A stretch of 64,000 nt of DNA from Tubiluchus corallicola (Eukaryota; Animalia; Priapulida), in NCBI GenBank assembly GCA_030141605.1, contig JAQGDQ010000400.1, positions 1 through 64,000 on the forward strand, in the 5' to 3' direction. This document shows positions 52,287 through 64,000 of the stretch, in pieces. A program made the translations under genes and the position numbers. Below the pieces are notes generated by a model. The model ran no database searches. It saw nothing but the letters and a program-made list of their open reading frames with translations, and was not told where the DNA came from. The number at the start of each line of letters is the position of its first letter. Position 1 is the first letter of the stretch.

Positions 52287-53814
52287 TTTGGGCATGCTTG
52301 TGATTCGAAACTCTAGCTTAAGGAGGCGGAAATCTCATTCATTTGTAATAACCCCAAATTTCATACTCTTATAACCTGCGACTCTTCTTGTGTATTGATA
52401 CTATGTAATATAATGTAATACATGTATATATAATCATGTAATTATATAGTTTTTGTAATTTTGTATCATCTGTGTTTGTTAATATTATTCTTAAAGAAGT
52501 GTGCCGAGTAGTGAAATAATATGCTGTGAAAAGTATCGTCTCTGTTTGGAAGGTTTAAAGTTAACTATCCAAATGATTAAAGGTGTAGTCCTGGGAGTAA
52601 ATGCTTTTCATTCATTGTTATTTTTCTGAATCATACAGCGCCATAAATCCTATAGCTGCTATATGAGCAAAAGTCACTGAACACCTACTGCTTCTAATGT
52701 GTATTGCGAAAATCTAGGCTTTTTCGTGGAATTTGATAAGATCTGTTTACACGCTCTAGGCTGTAAAAATACTTCTGTGCTCTACAGCTATGTCAACAAA
52801 GGTGTACTTGTTAGCATTAGCCTGTGGCTATATAGCAGGTAAAAACTGCATTCCTTTAGCAAAATCTTGCTTGTTTTAAAGATTATTCCTTGGGGATTAG
52901 ACATTAGTGTAGCAGAACTGTATATGAGAATGTCCTTGATAAAGGTGTTGCATTTTACCGATTTAGTAGTATTGTAACTTTGTCTCGTTTATGACATGAG
53001 AAATCATCGAAATGAAAGGACAGGTAAAAACAAAAGGTCATCTTAAAAGACATTCAAGAGGGCTACTTTAATAATAATATTACCAACAGTGTAAAACGTC
53101 TAGCTATTAGTTAATACTTGCTGTTTGCTTTGCTTGTTATTTCAAACAACAGCTGAATGATGTCACCAGCCGATAAAAAAGTATGCACCAATATTAGTTG
53201 AGCAGTTTAAAGCTACAAAATTGTACAGTATATACAGTACTGTACACTGTCAGTACTTGATTTTTATGATTCTAGTGTATAATGGTAGCGGATTATTCAT
53301 TTAGAATATTTTAAGATTGTCACAGAGTTATTAAATCAATACATGTACCAGTGTAGAGAATCGAGTGTGGGATAGCAGTTTGGTTCAATGTTTTCTAGTC
53401 ATTTCTCTCACAGACTTGGTCAGAGTAAAGTGCAGCAGATATCACTGTAAACAATGTTTGTTAGTGTAGCTAATGGAGAGAATATGTAAAGTTTGAGCCA
53501 GTGATGTTTGTAATAGCACACTGTTTGTTTAAACCGTAATTGAGTGTAAAAAAATCATTTATTTGCTGTACATTAATTGTGAATAAAGTTATTACTGATT
53601 TATGTGTAATGTTATGATGCCTTTGTAAAAAGAGGACCAAAAACTGCGGCAACTCTTGTTGTTCTTGTTTTGTGAAATTACCATTCTTAAAGAAGCAAAG
53701 AAAGTAAAACAGCTAGCATACTTTGAATGAGAGAAGTCAGAAATGAGTTTTATTGAACACTTCCACTTCAAGCTGCAGACTGGAATAACTTTATCTCGAC
53801 TTTTCTGTGTATCT

Positions 53815-53915
53815 TTTATTATTATTAATATTATTATTATTATTACTATTATTATTATTACTACTACTACGACTACTACTTTTACCATTACTACTATTAT
53901 TATTATTATTATTAT
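53815..53915. repeat. (ATT/ACT)n microsatellite
   Basis: Direct reading; explains the poly-I/L/T ORFs. Confidence 0.93.
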
Positions 53916-54589
53916 TCGGCTCTCTCGCCGCAAACATGCGGACACAAACGTACATGTATAAGAAGTGTTCGTGGTTGGGTTACACTGGTAGGATAGCTTT
54001 ATACATGCTTATCTAAAAAATGCCTTATTTTATCTTATACCCCTGAAAATCTAAGGGCAACCTGGAGTCAGTATAGTAGTTGAGTCATCATAGCTTGTAG
54101 CATAATCCATGGAAAATTTTGGATAAAACGGAAAACTGGTTGTGATTAGTGTAGCTGAGTTAAAACTTATTGCATGCATAAGCATAAAGTTGATTTTAGT
54201 GAGTAATAAAACAAACAATTTTAGTTGAAAATGTTAAACAAAGCAATAATTGCCATAAAGCGCATAAACTCGTCATTATTTGTCAAACTTGATCAACATT
54301 TAATCATAGTTGCTTTGGAAAAGTAACTTCAGAATGCTCCATGACTAGTCATTAATTAGTTTTTGGTATAATTAGTAATGGAATGAAAAATTCTTAATCA
54401 AATTACGGGCCATTTGTAATAGTAAAATTGTGTGTATTAGTAACACTCACATGGACAAATCTTCCTTGAATTATTACTAAGTATACTTCAAATATTGGTG
54501 TGACATCTACACTTCCTGTTTTTCTATGTAGCTACAAGTAAACTTGTTTATTCCAATAGATGCATTCATTTTTCGAGGAGTTGTGACTA

Positions 54590-55173
54590 GGCTTACTTCA
54601 TGTGGCTAGGATATTTACACGCCCTGTTTATCTCATAAGTACGAGTAAACATGTTTATGCAAGTCCTGAACTTTCTATCGCATGTTTGCCCATTTGTAGT
54701 ACTGGGCAAAGTATTTTGGCACAAAAGCGCAGAACAAACAGGTTTTTTTAAACAGGACATTTCAAAATATGTACATTGTTAAAAAACAAGTTTACTCAGG
54801 AAAACAACGGTGATAAACATGAAAGACATCCATGTCAAAAGTATATCATGTAAATCTTAAATACACGTACTGATAATAAACTGGAATATCTTGGGTTTAC
54901 TTCACGTGGCTAGGATATTTACACTTCCTGTTTATGACATAGGTGGAAGTAAACATGCTTATGCAAGTCCTGAACTTTCTATCACATGTTTACCCATTCG
55001 TAGTGCTGGGCAAAGTATTTTGGTACAAACAAGTTTTTTAAACATAGAAACATTTCAAAATATTTACATTGTTAAGAAACAAGTTTACTCAGGAATATCA
55101 ACGTTGATAAACATGAAAGACATCCATGTCAAAAATATATCATGTCAATCTTAAATACATGTACTGATAATAA
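54590..55173 (+). repeat. Two-copy ~290-bp tandem duplication
   Basis: ttacttca.gtggctaggatatttacac...tatgcaagtcctgaactttctatc...tgataaacatgaaagacatccatgtcaaaa...tactgataataaa at ~54590-54880 and ~54893-55173. Confidence 0.92.
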
Positions 55174-56415
55174 AGTACTTCTTGGGTCCCAACCTTTTGC
55201 AAGTTAAGTGCTATTCTAGTTGCTAGGCTGAGTGCTTTGACATTACAAGAGCAATAAATCCTAACCTTTGCTTAGGAAATAAATACCTATGTAAAACTAA
55301 GTTTGCTAATGTAAGCTATGGTCACAATGTTAAGACCACTCACATAACATTTCTTGTTTAAAATATATATATATAATTAATTTCACTGGTATGTTATATA
55401 TATATATATATATATAAGGTCTCGATCTAGTGTCGGGCCATTGAGGGTTTATCTTTCGAATTGAGCCCACAGAGACGAAAAACCTCGAAAAATGACCATT
55501 TTTGGGCCGTTTTTTGCAAAAGTTGTACCTCTTATTTCTGAAGAACGGGAACAGGCCGGGGCGGTGCTGGCCACGCATAGATAGCCCATTCAGCGGTGGG
55601 TGTAGTAGGCGTATTTAGAATTTACAAGAGGGCCACCGCGTCCAGCAATGGGCGTTTTCCCGGACCCAACTCGCAATTTTTTCGAAATTTTGATCAAACA
55701 GCCTGTAGAAAAAACGTTCTAGCGGTGCCTGGTGGGACTCTCGAAAGGAGATATATGGCTCTTTAGAAAGAGGAAGAACAGGGCTACACGATGATGTAGG
55801 CTACATTTTAGTACACGTCCACCAAGAGGAGTGCCGACAAGTTAATTAGATGTTCTATTTTTGGCAATTTTTGCTTGGAAAACTGCTGACACAAAGCCAC
55901 TGACGTCATCCATTATACTCTACTGGCTTTGTGTTATAAATTAGGACTATGTATGATGTTTGCGCATTGTTGATTATAAGTGTATTTATACGCAAAATTT
56001 CTTGCAGGGCCTTTGCTAGTCTAGTAATAATCATAATAGAAGTACACGGTAACCACTGTTACCATTTGTAAGAGCCAATAAATAGTGTCTCAAATTCAAT
56101 TCTGTTCCTAAGAAAATTTTAAGAAACATAAAGATAAAAATAACTCCATACAGATGCATTTTCATTAAACTGAAATTCAGCATGATCAATGAAAGAAAAT
56201 GCAAAAACGCAAAAAATTTGCATGTTTTTTATTTGACGATATGCATATATATCATAAAGGCGAAGTTATCTATCTTTTCGTTTTCTTTAAATAGACCAAA
56301 CTGAATTTCATCTTGTTCACGAAAGTGCATATTTTTGTGATACATTTATCTTGCAATTCTGTCAGGCAACGATGTATCTAACATTTGCATTACGCACATC
56401 TTGCAACATCTACGG

Positions 56416-56792
56416 CATGGGTTTGCAGCCTGCCGAGAGATCTTCTGCGGCCCGCGAAGAGGTTTGTCACCGTAATGAAAGTGCGGCCCACGCGATCCAG
56501 CTGAAGTCTGCGCCAGTATCGCAAAGATAGTGCGGGTAGTTTTTTCCTCTAGATTGGATGGCATTAACCCTTACAAGACCGTTATCACTTAATGTCACTG
56601 TCGGACATGATGAAATATATGGTTTTTAATATAAATTTTAATGCAGCAGTAATGATGTGCGCAAATCGGATGCAAAAAAAATCGTTATTAGGTCCTACTG
56701 TACTTGGCTCCTTGACCAAACTGCATGTGGCCCACGGGAATTGCAGGAATGTTTAATGTGGCCCGGCTAGTCAGATAATTTGCGCACCGCTG
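56416..56792. mobile_element. hAT-superfamily (Charlie-like) MITE, 377 bp
   Basis: Perfect 8-bp TSD ATCTACGG (56408-56415, 56793-56800), CA...TG termini and repeated TG(C/T)GGCCC subterminal motifs. Confidence 0.88.
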
Positions 56793-56850
56793 ATCTACGG
56801 GCAGTTTTGTTGCCTACAAAATTCTCAAATCTGCACATTTCTCACTTTTA

Positions 56851-59800
56851 TCAAGGTTTATGTTCCTTTTTGTGTTTGAGAATTTCAACGGACGTAAAAC
56901 TAAAGATTTTATCACAGTTTTCACAAAAATAAGATTTCTTCAGCGGATTCATTGACTGATCTGCTTCTGAAGTCGCTGATTGTTCTGGTTTCTTCTCAGA
57001 AGCTAAAAAAACGAAAAAATATCACATTACTGTTCAATCAAACAATATGGCACACGGCGCTGAACACCACAAGTAGAAAACTGTAAATGACGATGGTTGT
57101 GGCAGTACTGGAATTTAGCTAATTATCGAGTAAAGGATCATCCGTATGGATTAAACAATGAGCCAGCAGAAATGTCTTGACCTTGGCCTGATGCACCCTT
57201 CCTCAATGAGAAAAAGTTGGACTCTAATGCAGATGTAAATGCCTAGAACTGGCTTTTCTGGCAGTCACCAATTTATTTAACAGCCAAGTCCAGCACTGCT
57301 TAACTATGTAACTGTGCACACTTTCCAGATATTCCCTGCTCCTCATTCTTAACTGATTCTAAATGGACATATCACAATAATGGCCCTAATTACAGGTAAC
57401 ATGCTTTTAATACCTCATCTTATGCCAAAAAAGGAGATATTACATTAAGGAACATCCATTTTCTGATTTCGGTCCAAATATGCATTACATAAGTCATACG
57501 ACTAGAGAACATGTACAAGCTGAACATGGTATTTGTATACATGAGAGTGGAGTTGAGAATGTCCACTTGATTAGTTATCCAGTGACCTCAATCCTTGCTC
57601 TGTGGTGAACTGCTAAAATTGTATTATTTCTCTCCTTATTTCACAGCTCTGGACCAAGATGCAAATTTACTTATTCAGTATGCGGGACCAAGATTTATAC
57701 AGTAGAGTGTGGATGGTTATCCAGTAGGCCTATCAGAATGGTAGCAATTCGCATGTTAAAATCTGCATATTATGGAAAATGCTTGCAAACAGATTTGTCT
57801 GCAATAAAATACTGTCATTAAAGTGCGGATTATTCCTGAAATAGAAAGTAAATAGTTTTATTGTCTGAATGAACAACATACGATGCTCCGTTTAGCAGCT
57901 GCATATGTGAACAAGTGGCATGATTATAATCCACATCTGTTGCTTGGCAGCCAGCTGTCTGCAGTGTATTTTAATGGGCGGGATCACATCAGATCCTGAA
58001 TCTCAGCAGAGCATGCAGAGGATGATAACAGGCGTCTACATATTTATTTCTTTAAATAGCTGCCTCTCACTGCACGTGGAACATCAGCTGGAGTACATGC
58101 ACCTTAGTCTAAGGCTATTTGTACCAAAATTAGCCGAAGTGATCAACAATTAGTAGGGGGGGGGCTCACATGTAACAACACTTCTCTTGTTTGGTAAGTA
58201 ACTACAGTTTCTCTGTAGTTAATAATTAAAGTCTCCAGGAAAATCTATTAGTACAGCCATCTATAGGCGATAATAAAAGTTAATAAGTTTAAATTCTGCA
58301 CAATTTGCCTAAACTGAAAAATAATCAGAATTTAAAAACTACTAGGCTTCAAAGTGGACTAAAGCTAAGTGTAGACTCATGGATTGCTCGAATAGTGGAT
58401 ACTTTAACTAAGATTCTCGAAAGTCGTTACTAGTATTTTTGTCTGTGGGAAATTTCCAAAAGAACTGTTTAGAATTGCGCTGAAAGACCCAAATTCTGTT
58501 AGTTCAAAAAATTTCTTAAGGGGTGCTCCACTCATTACATATTATAGCTTAGGTACTTTATTTAGTGTCTTTATTTTGCTTTGACTTTCCCAGCAGCTAT
58601 AGTAAATGACGTAATATATTTTCATTTGTGTTCTAACGCTTTATCTGTTATTTGACCACTCATATTAATTAAGCTTTTCTGTAATGTGAAAAAATGTTAA
58701 ATCAAACACACACACGCACACACACACACATACATCCACCCTCTCGCAAACCCTTGCACGCACGCACGATCACACACACACACACAACGCACGCACACCA
58801 CACACACGCACACACACACACAGTATTTCTACACTGTGTGCTAGCAGGTTTGGTAATTTATTAGGCCTAATTAGCTAATGCAGCCAGAGAAGAATTTTTT
58901 TATAATTGTTCCAATAAACATCAAAGCAGTAACAAAGTCTAGTCTACACAGACAAAATATATTTTAACTACCAATAGAAATGGTAGTATAACATTTCTTC
59001 ATTTATTTATGGAGTCAGAGGGATGCCCACACTGTATCTCGACACTAGGCGGAGGAGCTGTACAAGCAACCAACGGCTACAGGGCGGAGGAGGTCAAGTG
59101 ACCCAACAGCCACGTGTAGAGGAGTAAACCTTCCAAATCAGGAGTGGAGCCCCGAAGGCGGACCAGTGCAGCATGCTCACTGACTCCGGCAGCTCCTGCA
59201 GCCAACCTGGTGCCAAACGTATCGCTCCGCTTTCCTTTGGACTACACCAGCGAGGAAGAGAGGGGGTTCCTGTTGTCTGGGCAACCTAGGATCTCCATAC
59301 ACCTTGCCCAGGCGTGCGCCCTGGAGAAGTCACTCCAGTGGTTCAAGGATCTGACTGCTCAGCCACAGTTGACGCTGCATCTTCATCAATGTGATCAATA
59401 ACGGACTCTCTTGGCGCACACTCCATTGTCTTCCGAGACAGAAGGATGCCAACAACAACAACAGAGGGAGTCCATTTGTCACCTCAATGTAGATGAGTGG
59501 GCGCATGAAAAGTGTCAAAAGACAAGGATTCAACATGTAACTCCTTTACTTTCACTCACCATACAAAGTTTATGAGTGGGTGAAAAATTCTGCATTAGGA
59601 TTGCATTATTACCCTAAAAGCAGCTGTATAAACTAATACCTTTATGACTACAACTGTTTTCATGTTGTAACTTCTCCAGGGTTGTGACTAGCATTTGTTC
59701 TTCGCAATGTGGACAGGTCCATAAGTTGCTCAGCGATGACAAACTGTGGCCAGAACTATCTAAGCTGAAAGATACGACAGTTTATTAGATTTCAGAGATA

Positions 59801-61869
59801 TTACAAATTTACAAAATATTTTTATCTGCTTCATTATATATATATATCAGAAGTTAATATTTCATACTACTGAGGCAATTGCATTGCTCATTATGGGCAC
59901 ACAACAATCCAATATTCATTATGTTATTCACTATGCATGCAAAAATGTATAAGGCAAAGTCTTGTTCATCGATTGTTCAGTCCAACGTAGTGGTGATATT
60001 GTCATTCAGCTTTTTTTACTATAATTATGATACAATACATAGGATAAATATGCAATGAGATACAAATGGCAGCCAATGACAGAAAACAACAGTTGTTAAA
60101 ATGAATCTTGTTGTTAAAATGAATCGTTAACCCGTGAATTCATCTACTGATACGCGATCAGACATAGTACGAGAAACAACTGGCATTTTCTCCATCTTGA
60201 AATGTGAATACTCAACTTTCTACTGTCTATCACAAGTTGTTATAATATTATGCACGAAACAGGTGAAACGATAATAAACGTCATCACCCAATAGGCGTAT
60301 GAGATTGTTGTGTTTTGTTTCTCTCGGAAGGCTCGTGGAGAAAACAAGAAAACACGTCCTCAAATTAAACTAGTTTATTATGCGAGAATTCTACAACACA
60401 AAAGTATAAAGGAATGCGAAATATATACAGTAAATGTGATAATCTGGAAACATGAAAGCGTATCTGAGAATCTGCGAATACGAGGATACAAGAGAATGTG
60501 AGAGAATAAACTTCAGCGGCCAGTTCCGCCTTATATGTCAGTGCCAGGGAATAATCTAGAAGTAGAAACTTCTATCAGTGCCAGGGAATAATCTAGAAGT
60601 AGAAACTTCTAGAAGGTAAGACGATTGTTCTACTGTACAATGGAATATTCCAGAATAAACTCCACAACAGAGATATATAGAAATGTTACACTACCATCCA
60701 TAGACGAGATAATCATTAACCCTCAGGCCACCTTTCACAGGATCTTCGCTGCATTGTTGTCTTGGCTCAAAAGGATTAACTTTCTCATTGTTCAACATGG
60801 TATCTGCAAAAATGAGTCCTAAACTAACCACTCCTGGTACACATCAAGATGTCATTTTCTTTTTAAACCTTAAAAAAGCTTAATTCAAAAAGCGTCTGCT
60901 GAGCAATGTCACAGCACCTGTCAAAGATGAACAGTTTGAGTGAATTATGTTCATGACAGAAAATTCTCCCACTACGGAAGATGCGGGAAAATTTGCAACT
61001 ATAACCAGTTCAACAGCCGGCAAAAACATCGTTAACCTGTCGCGCAGCTGCAAGGCTTGTCAATATAACTGTATCACATACATGATTTTCAGTAATCAAA
61101 CCAATGGACATGCAATTTCATAATTTAATGATTCACGAAAGTCTAACGACTTACCAAAAGATTTGGTCTGCATTTTGATTTAGCTTTAATGGTTTTAAGA
61201 GATGTTTACAGAGTGACAGTTTTATCCTGCTTCTGTCTTAAAAACAAGGCATAAGAATGCCTTTAAGTTTTGCAACCATATTGTACATAACTACTGTACA
61301 TGCGTAGCTAATAACAGAAACATCAAATTAAACAAAAAATACTTCAATAGCCTTTATATAGTACAATAATAATATACTGTCAAAACTGTTTCAACAACCT
61401 TGATTAGTTTGATGGGGTATCCATCATATTTGTGTCCCTTCTAATTGATAAAGGTTGTCGAAACGTCTTTGATAATAAATTATTACTGTACCGTATAAAG
61501 GCTATTGAAACAGTTGTTTATTTTGCTGCTTAAGATAAAAGAAGTTCCAATGATGTCGACAGTTAAAGTTCAGTACTTTACCTGCTCCTGGTCCTATGTA
61601 CATGTCATGTTTATCAGCTGCCAGTAGCCGTCTGATGCTGTAAGGTACATCATCGTACAGATACTCGTGAATGAGCCTAGCCAACTTATATTCGGTAATT
61701 GATGGCTGAGTCGTTTCTAATGCTGCCACGCCTAAAGAAAAACAAGACACATGTGAACTTTCAGAAGTAATGTTTAGTGACATAGAAGAGATTTACAGTC
61801 TTGAATGGCAGACTGTTTCATTAAATTTTTCCATTCTCTCTCCGCTCTCCCTCCTCTCTCTCTCTCCCC

Positions 61870-61920
<51 letters not shown>

Positions 61921-62581
61921 CTTTCACTCTCTCTCTCTCCCTCCTTCCCTCTGCCCTCCTTCTCTCTCTCCCCAACCTTGCAAAGTCTAGGGCTGGAACT
62001 GATGAAATGTATGAGCCAAATTCATGATACATTTTAATATTTTAGTAAATTTTGGTGATCAAATTTAGCTCTCTCCAAATACGAGTTTTCTGACCTAGCT
62101 TTCTCCTTATTTGTACATCTGCAGTAACTACAAAGCAACAGTTCTGTTCATTGTGAATTGTTGACACACAATGTTCTCTTATTATTTGCTTTAGTAAGCT
62201 AAATGATTAATTTACTGTATGCTCTGCTTTTATGTAGTATGTATGTTGTTTATAAAACGTTAACAATTTAACATACTGATGTGTTATGCAGGATAGAAGA
62301 GATGATAAGTTGAGCACATTAATAAAAATTTCAATTAAATAAATAAAAATTTAATAAGAATTAAAAATAAAAGGCTGTGACACCACAATACAGTCATTAA
62401 CAATTGCACCTTTCAGTCTTTTTTGCAACAATTCGTTCCATGCCATCCGAAGCCTGACAGCCTTGCCAATGATAGTGTGAGCTTGATCAGAATTTGTTAA
62501 CGTCACTTTTAGCCATTCATCGAATACTAGCTGCAGAAGATCAGCACTGGTGTCCACTGCATGGCTAAATAACAGCAAAAT
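56851..62581 (-). CDS. DHX34: DEAH-box RNA helicase DHX34, 3' five exons (5' part lies beyond the window)
   Basis: Exons 62581-62410, 61731-61582, 60803-60695, 59764-59640, 57002-56851, phases match. Encode LLFSHAVDT..FDEWL..RLRMAW, VPYSIRRL..MYIGP, DPVKGGLRVNDYLVYGC|L, WTCPHC..LEKLQHENSC and YFCENCDKIFSFTSVEILKHKKEH, matching the DHX34 C-terminal region. Confidence 0.92.
57241..57305 (-). repeat. Decayed 5S-like segment (3' half), probably an old SINE head
   Basis: Minus strand AGTTAAGCAGTGCTGGACTTGGCTGTTAAATAAATTGGTGACTGCCAGAAAAGCCAGTTCTAGGC keeps 5S landmarks AGTTAAGCA, TGG, GGTGAC.GCC, CCAG, TAGGC at 5S-like spacing. Confidence 0.55.
58705..58822. repeat. (CA)n/(CACG)n microsatellite
   Basis: Direct reading. 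Confidence 0.92.
59020..59463 (+). mobile_element. Second copy of the SINE body, lacking the 5S head, (AAC)4 tail
   Basis: Colinear with the reverse complement of 38836-39246 from GGGATGCCCAC to TGTCTTCCGAGACAGAAGGATGCCAACAAC; retains two short segments absent from the other copy. Confidence 0.92.
61835..61972. repeat. (CT)n-rich simple repeat
   Basis: Direct reading. Confidence 0.93.
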
Positions 62582-64000
62582 CTGAAAAAAGACTTACAGA
62601 GTCAAAAAGAAGAAATTTCAATTTATGCCTAGCAACTGTAGAAAATTTGTCCTAATATATACTTTTACCTGGTGCTTATGTAAAAATGACATTAAATAAT
62701 ATGTTGAACATTTGCCCAGTTGATAACATTAGATTGTAAAAGACTAAAGAAAAAAGGCTTCAACTCAGAACAATGATAGTAGATATACAGAAATGTTTAA
62801 ATTATTAACACAAATTTTCGATTGTTTTATGTTGTCTTCAAACATCAGTGACCGTGGCTTAGCTGCAACGCAAGCGTGTGGCGCCTCTCTGCGGACGGTT
62901 TCGTGGCGTCTGCTAAACGAGCACAGCGGCGTGGCTTTCGCTCATCCTATAAAATAATCTTTGCTGTTGCCTGGTTAATCTAAACTGGGCAGGCACTGCG
63001 CATGGTGAACCAACCGCTCAGTTTTTGACCAGAAGCGATAACGTTACCACACGTTGCTGTGAAGTGAGAAGATTGCAAACGTCGTGTGTGTTTCAAAGAA
63101 ACTCAGCAGCACTAGCTCTTATAGTTATAGTGTTAAACTGCAGCTGCTGCACTCAGTTAATGTGCTCTACAGACAACGTAATAATGGAAATGCTGGCAAT
63201 ATAAAGTTCATTTTTAAGACGTGGCATAATTACGAGCAATGATGATTATTCAGTGACATGCAAGATAAACTTGTAAGTTATAACTTTCAGCAATGGATGC
63301 CAAATCTATCAAAACGTTATAACTATAATGTTGCAATGAAACAGGGTTTGTGTAAATGACATTTGTTGTTTTATCATACAACAGGCAAACCGAAGTACTA
63401 TAAATTTAACCGTTTTAGTTAACTGTGTGCATAGGGCTCGATGAAATACAATTAATTTTGAAATCAAGCTAAAATTAAAATAGTCAAAGCTATAAGTAAA
63501 CCTTTTGCCACATCACCTGTATGGTTTAGGTCGTTGTAGTTTGTGTTATAATCTGTTTTCAAAAATAACTTTTGTTATGTGTACATGATATAAATTTGAC
63601 ATTAACACTTACGGCTGCAAGTCTTCCTGCAAACTGTTTTTAATTCATATTTGATAAAAACTTTTAGGCCACCAGATACCCTGCTCAACAACCTGTCTTC
63701 GTTGAATTTTAAAAAGTAGTTTATATTGTAAGCTATAGCAACAATATTAAACTATATTTACTAATAATCGAGTGTGAATCAAATTATGCCAAGCAACATT
63801 ATAGTAAGCTTTTCTTAACAGCTGCTAACTAACTGAAGTGGTCAAGATGGGAAGTGGTCAAGCACAAGAATACGGAACGTCTGTGGGACAGAGGAAAACT
63901 CAAATTGGTATCTATGGCTGGAGGAAGAGATGTCTTTATTGCTTTCTTCTTGTACTTCTAGTAATGATCATTATAAATCTGGCCTTGACAATATTTCTGA

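Noticed and set aside
61155-61229. Extra DHX34 exon ending at a GTAAGT donor
   Set aside because: No phase-compatible open acceptor, and exons 61731-61582 and 60803-60695 already join in frame.

Overview
AT-rich, intron-rich animal (invertebrate-like) nuclear DNA; no prokaryotic features and no CRISPR array. Four spliced protein-coding genes were reconstructed by hand with GT-AG, phase-compatible exons: a TAPP/PLEKHA1-like PH-domain gene (+, 27698-34340, 5' end uncertain), a complete VIP36/LMAN2-like lectin (-, 45522-36050), an MCL1-like Bcl-2 family gene (+, 50875-52286) and the 3' five exons of DHX34 (-, 62581-56851). Most short ORFs in the track are spurious (microsatellites, tandem repeats). 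The most unusual non-genic structures are: (i) three independent uses of 5S rRNA sequence - a full-length 5S-headed SINE with a target-site duplication, plus a second copy that starts almost exactly where the 5S head ends; a ~12 x 90-bp tandem array whose unit is essentially the 5S internal control region, apparently amplified inside another SINE; and a third decayed 5S-like segment; (ii) a >=1041-bp-arm, ~99% identical inverted repeat at the window start; (iii) a 35 x 42-bp CpG/CRE-rich minisatellite with higher-order structure in the last LMAN2 intron. Several MITEs and LINE 3' fragments are also present. All family names come from recalled motifs, not database searches.
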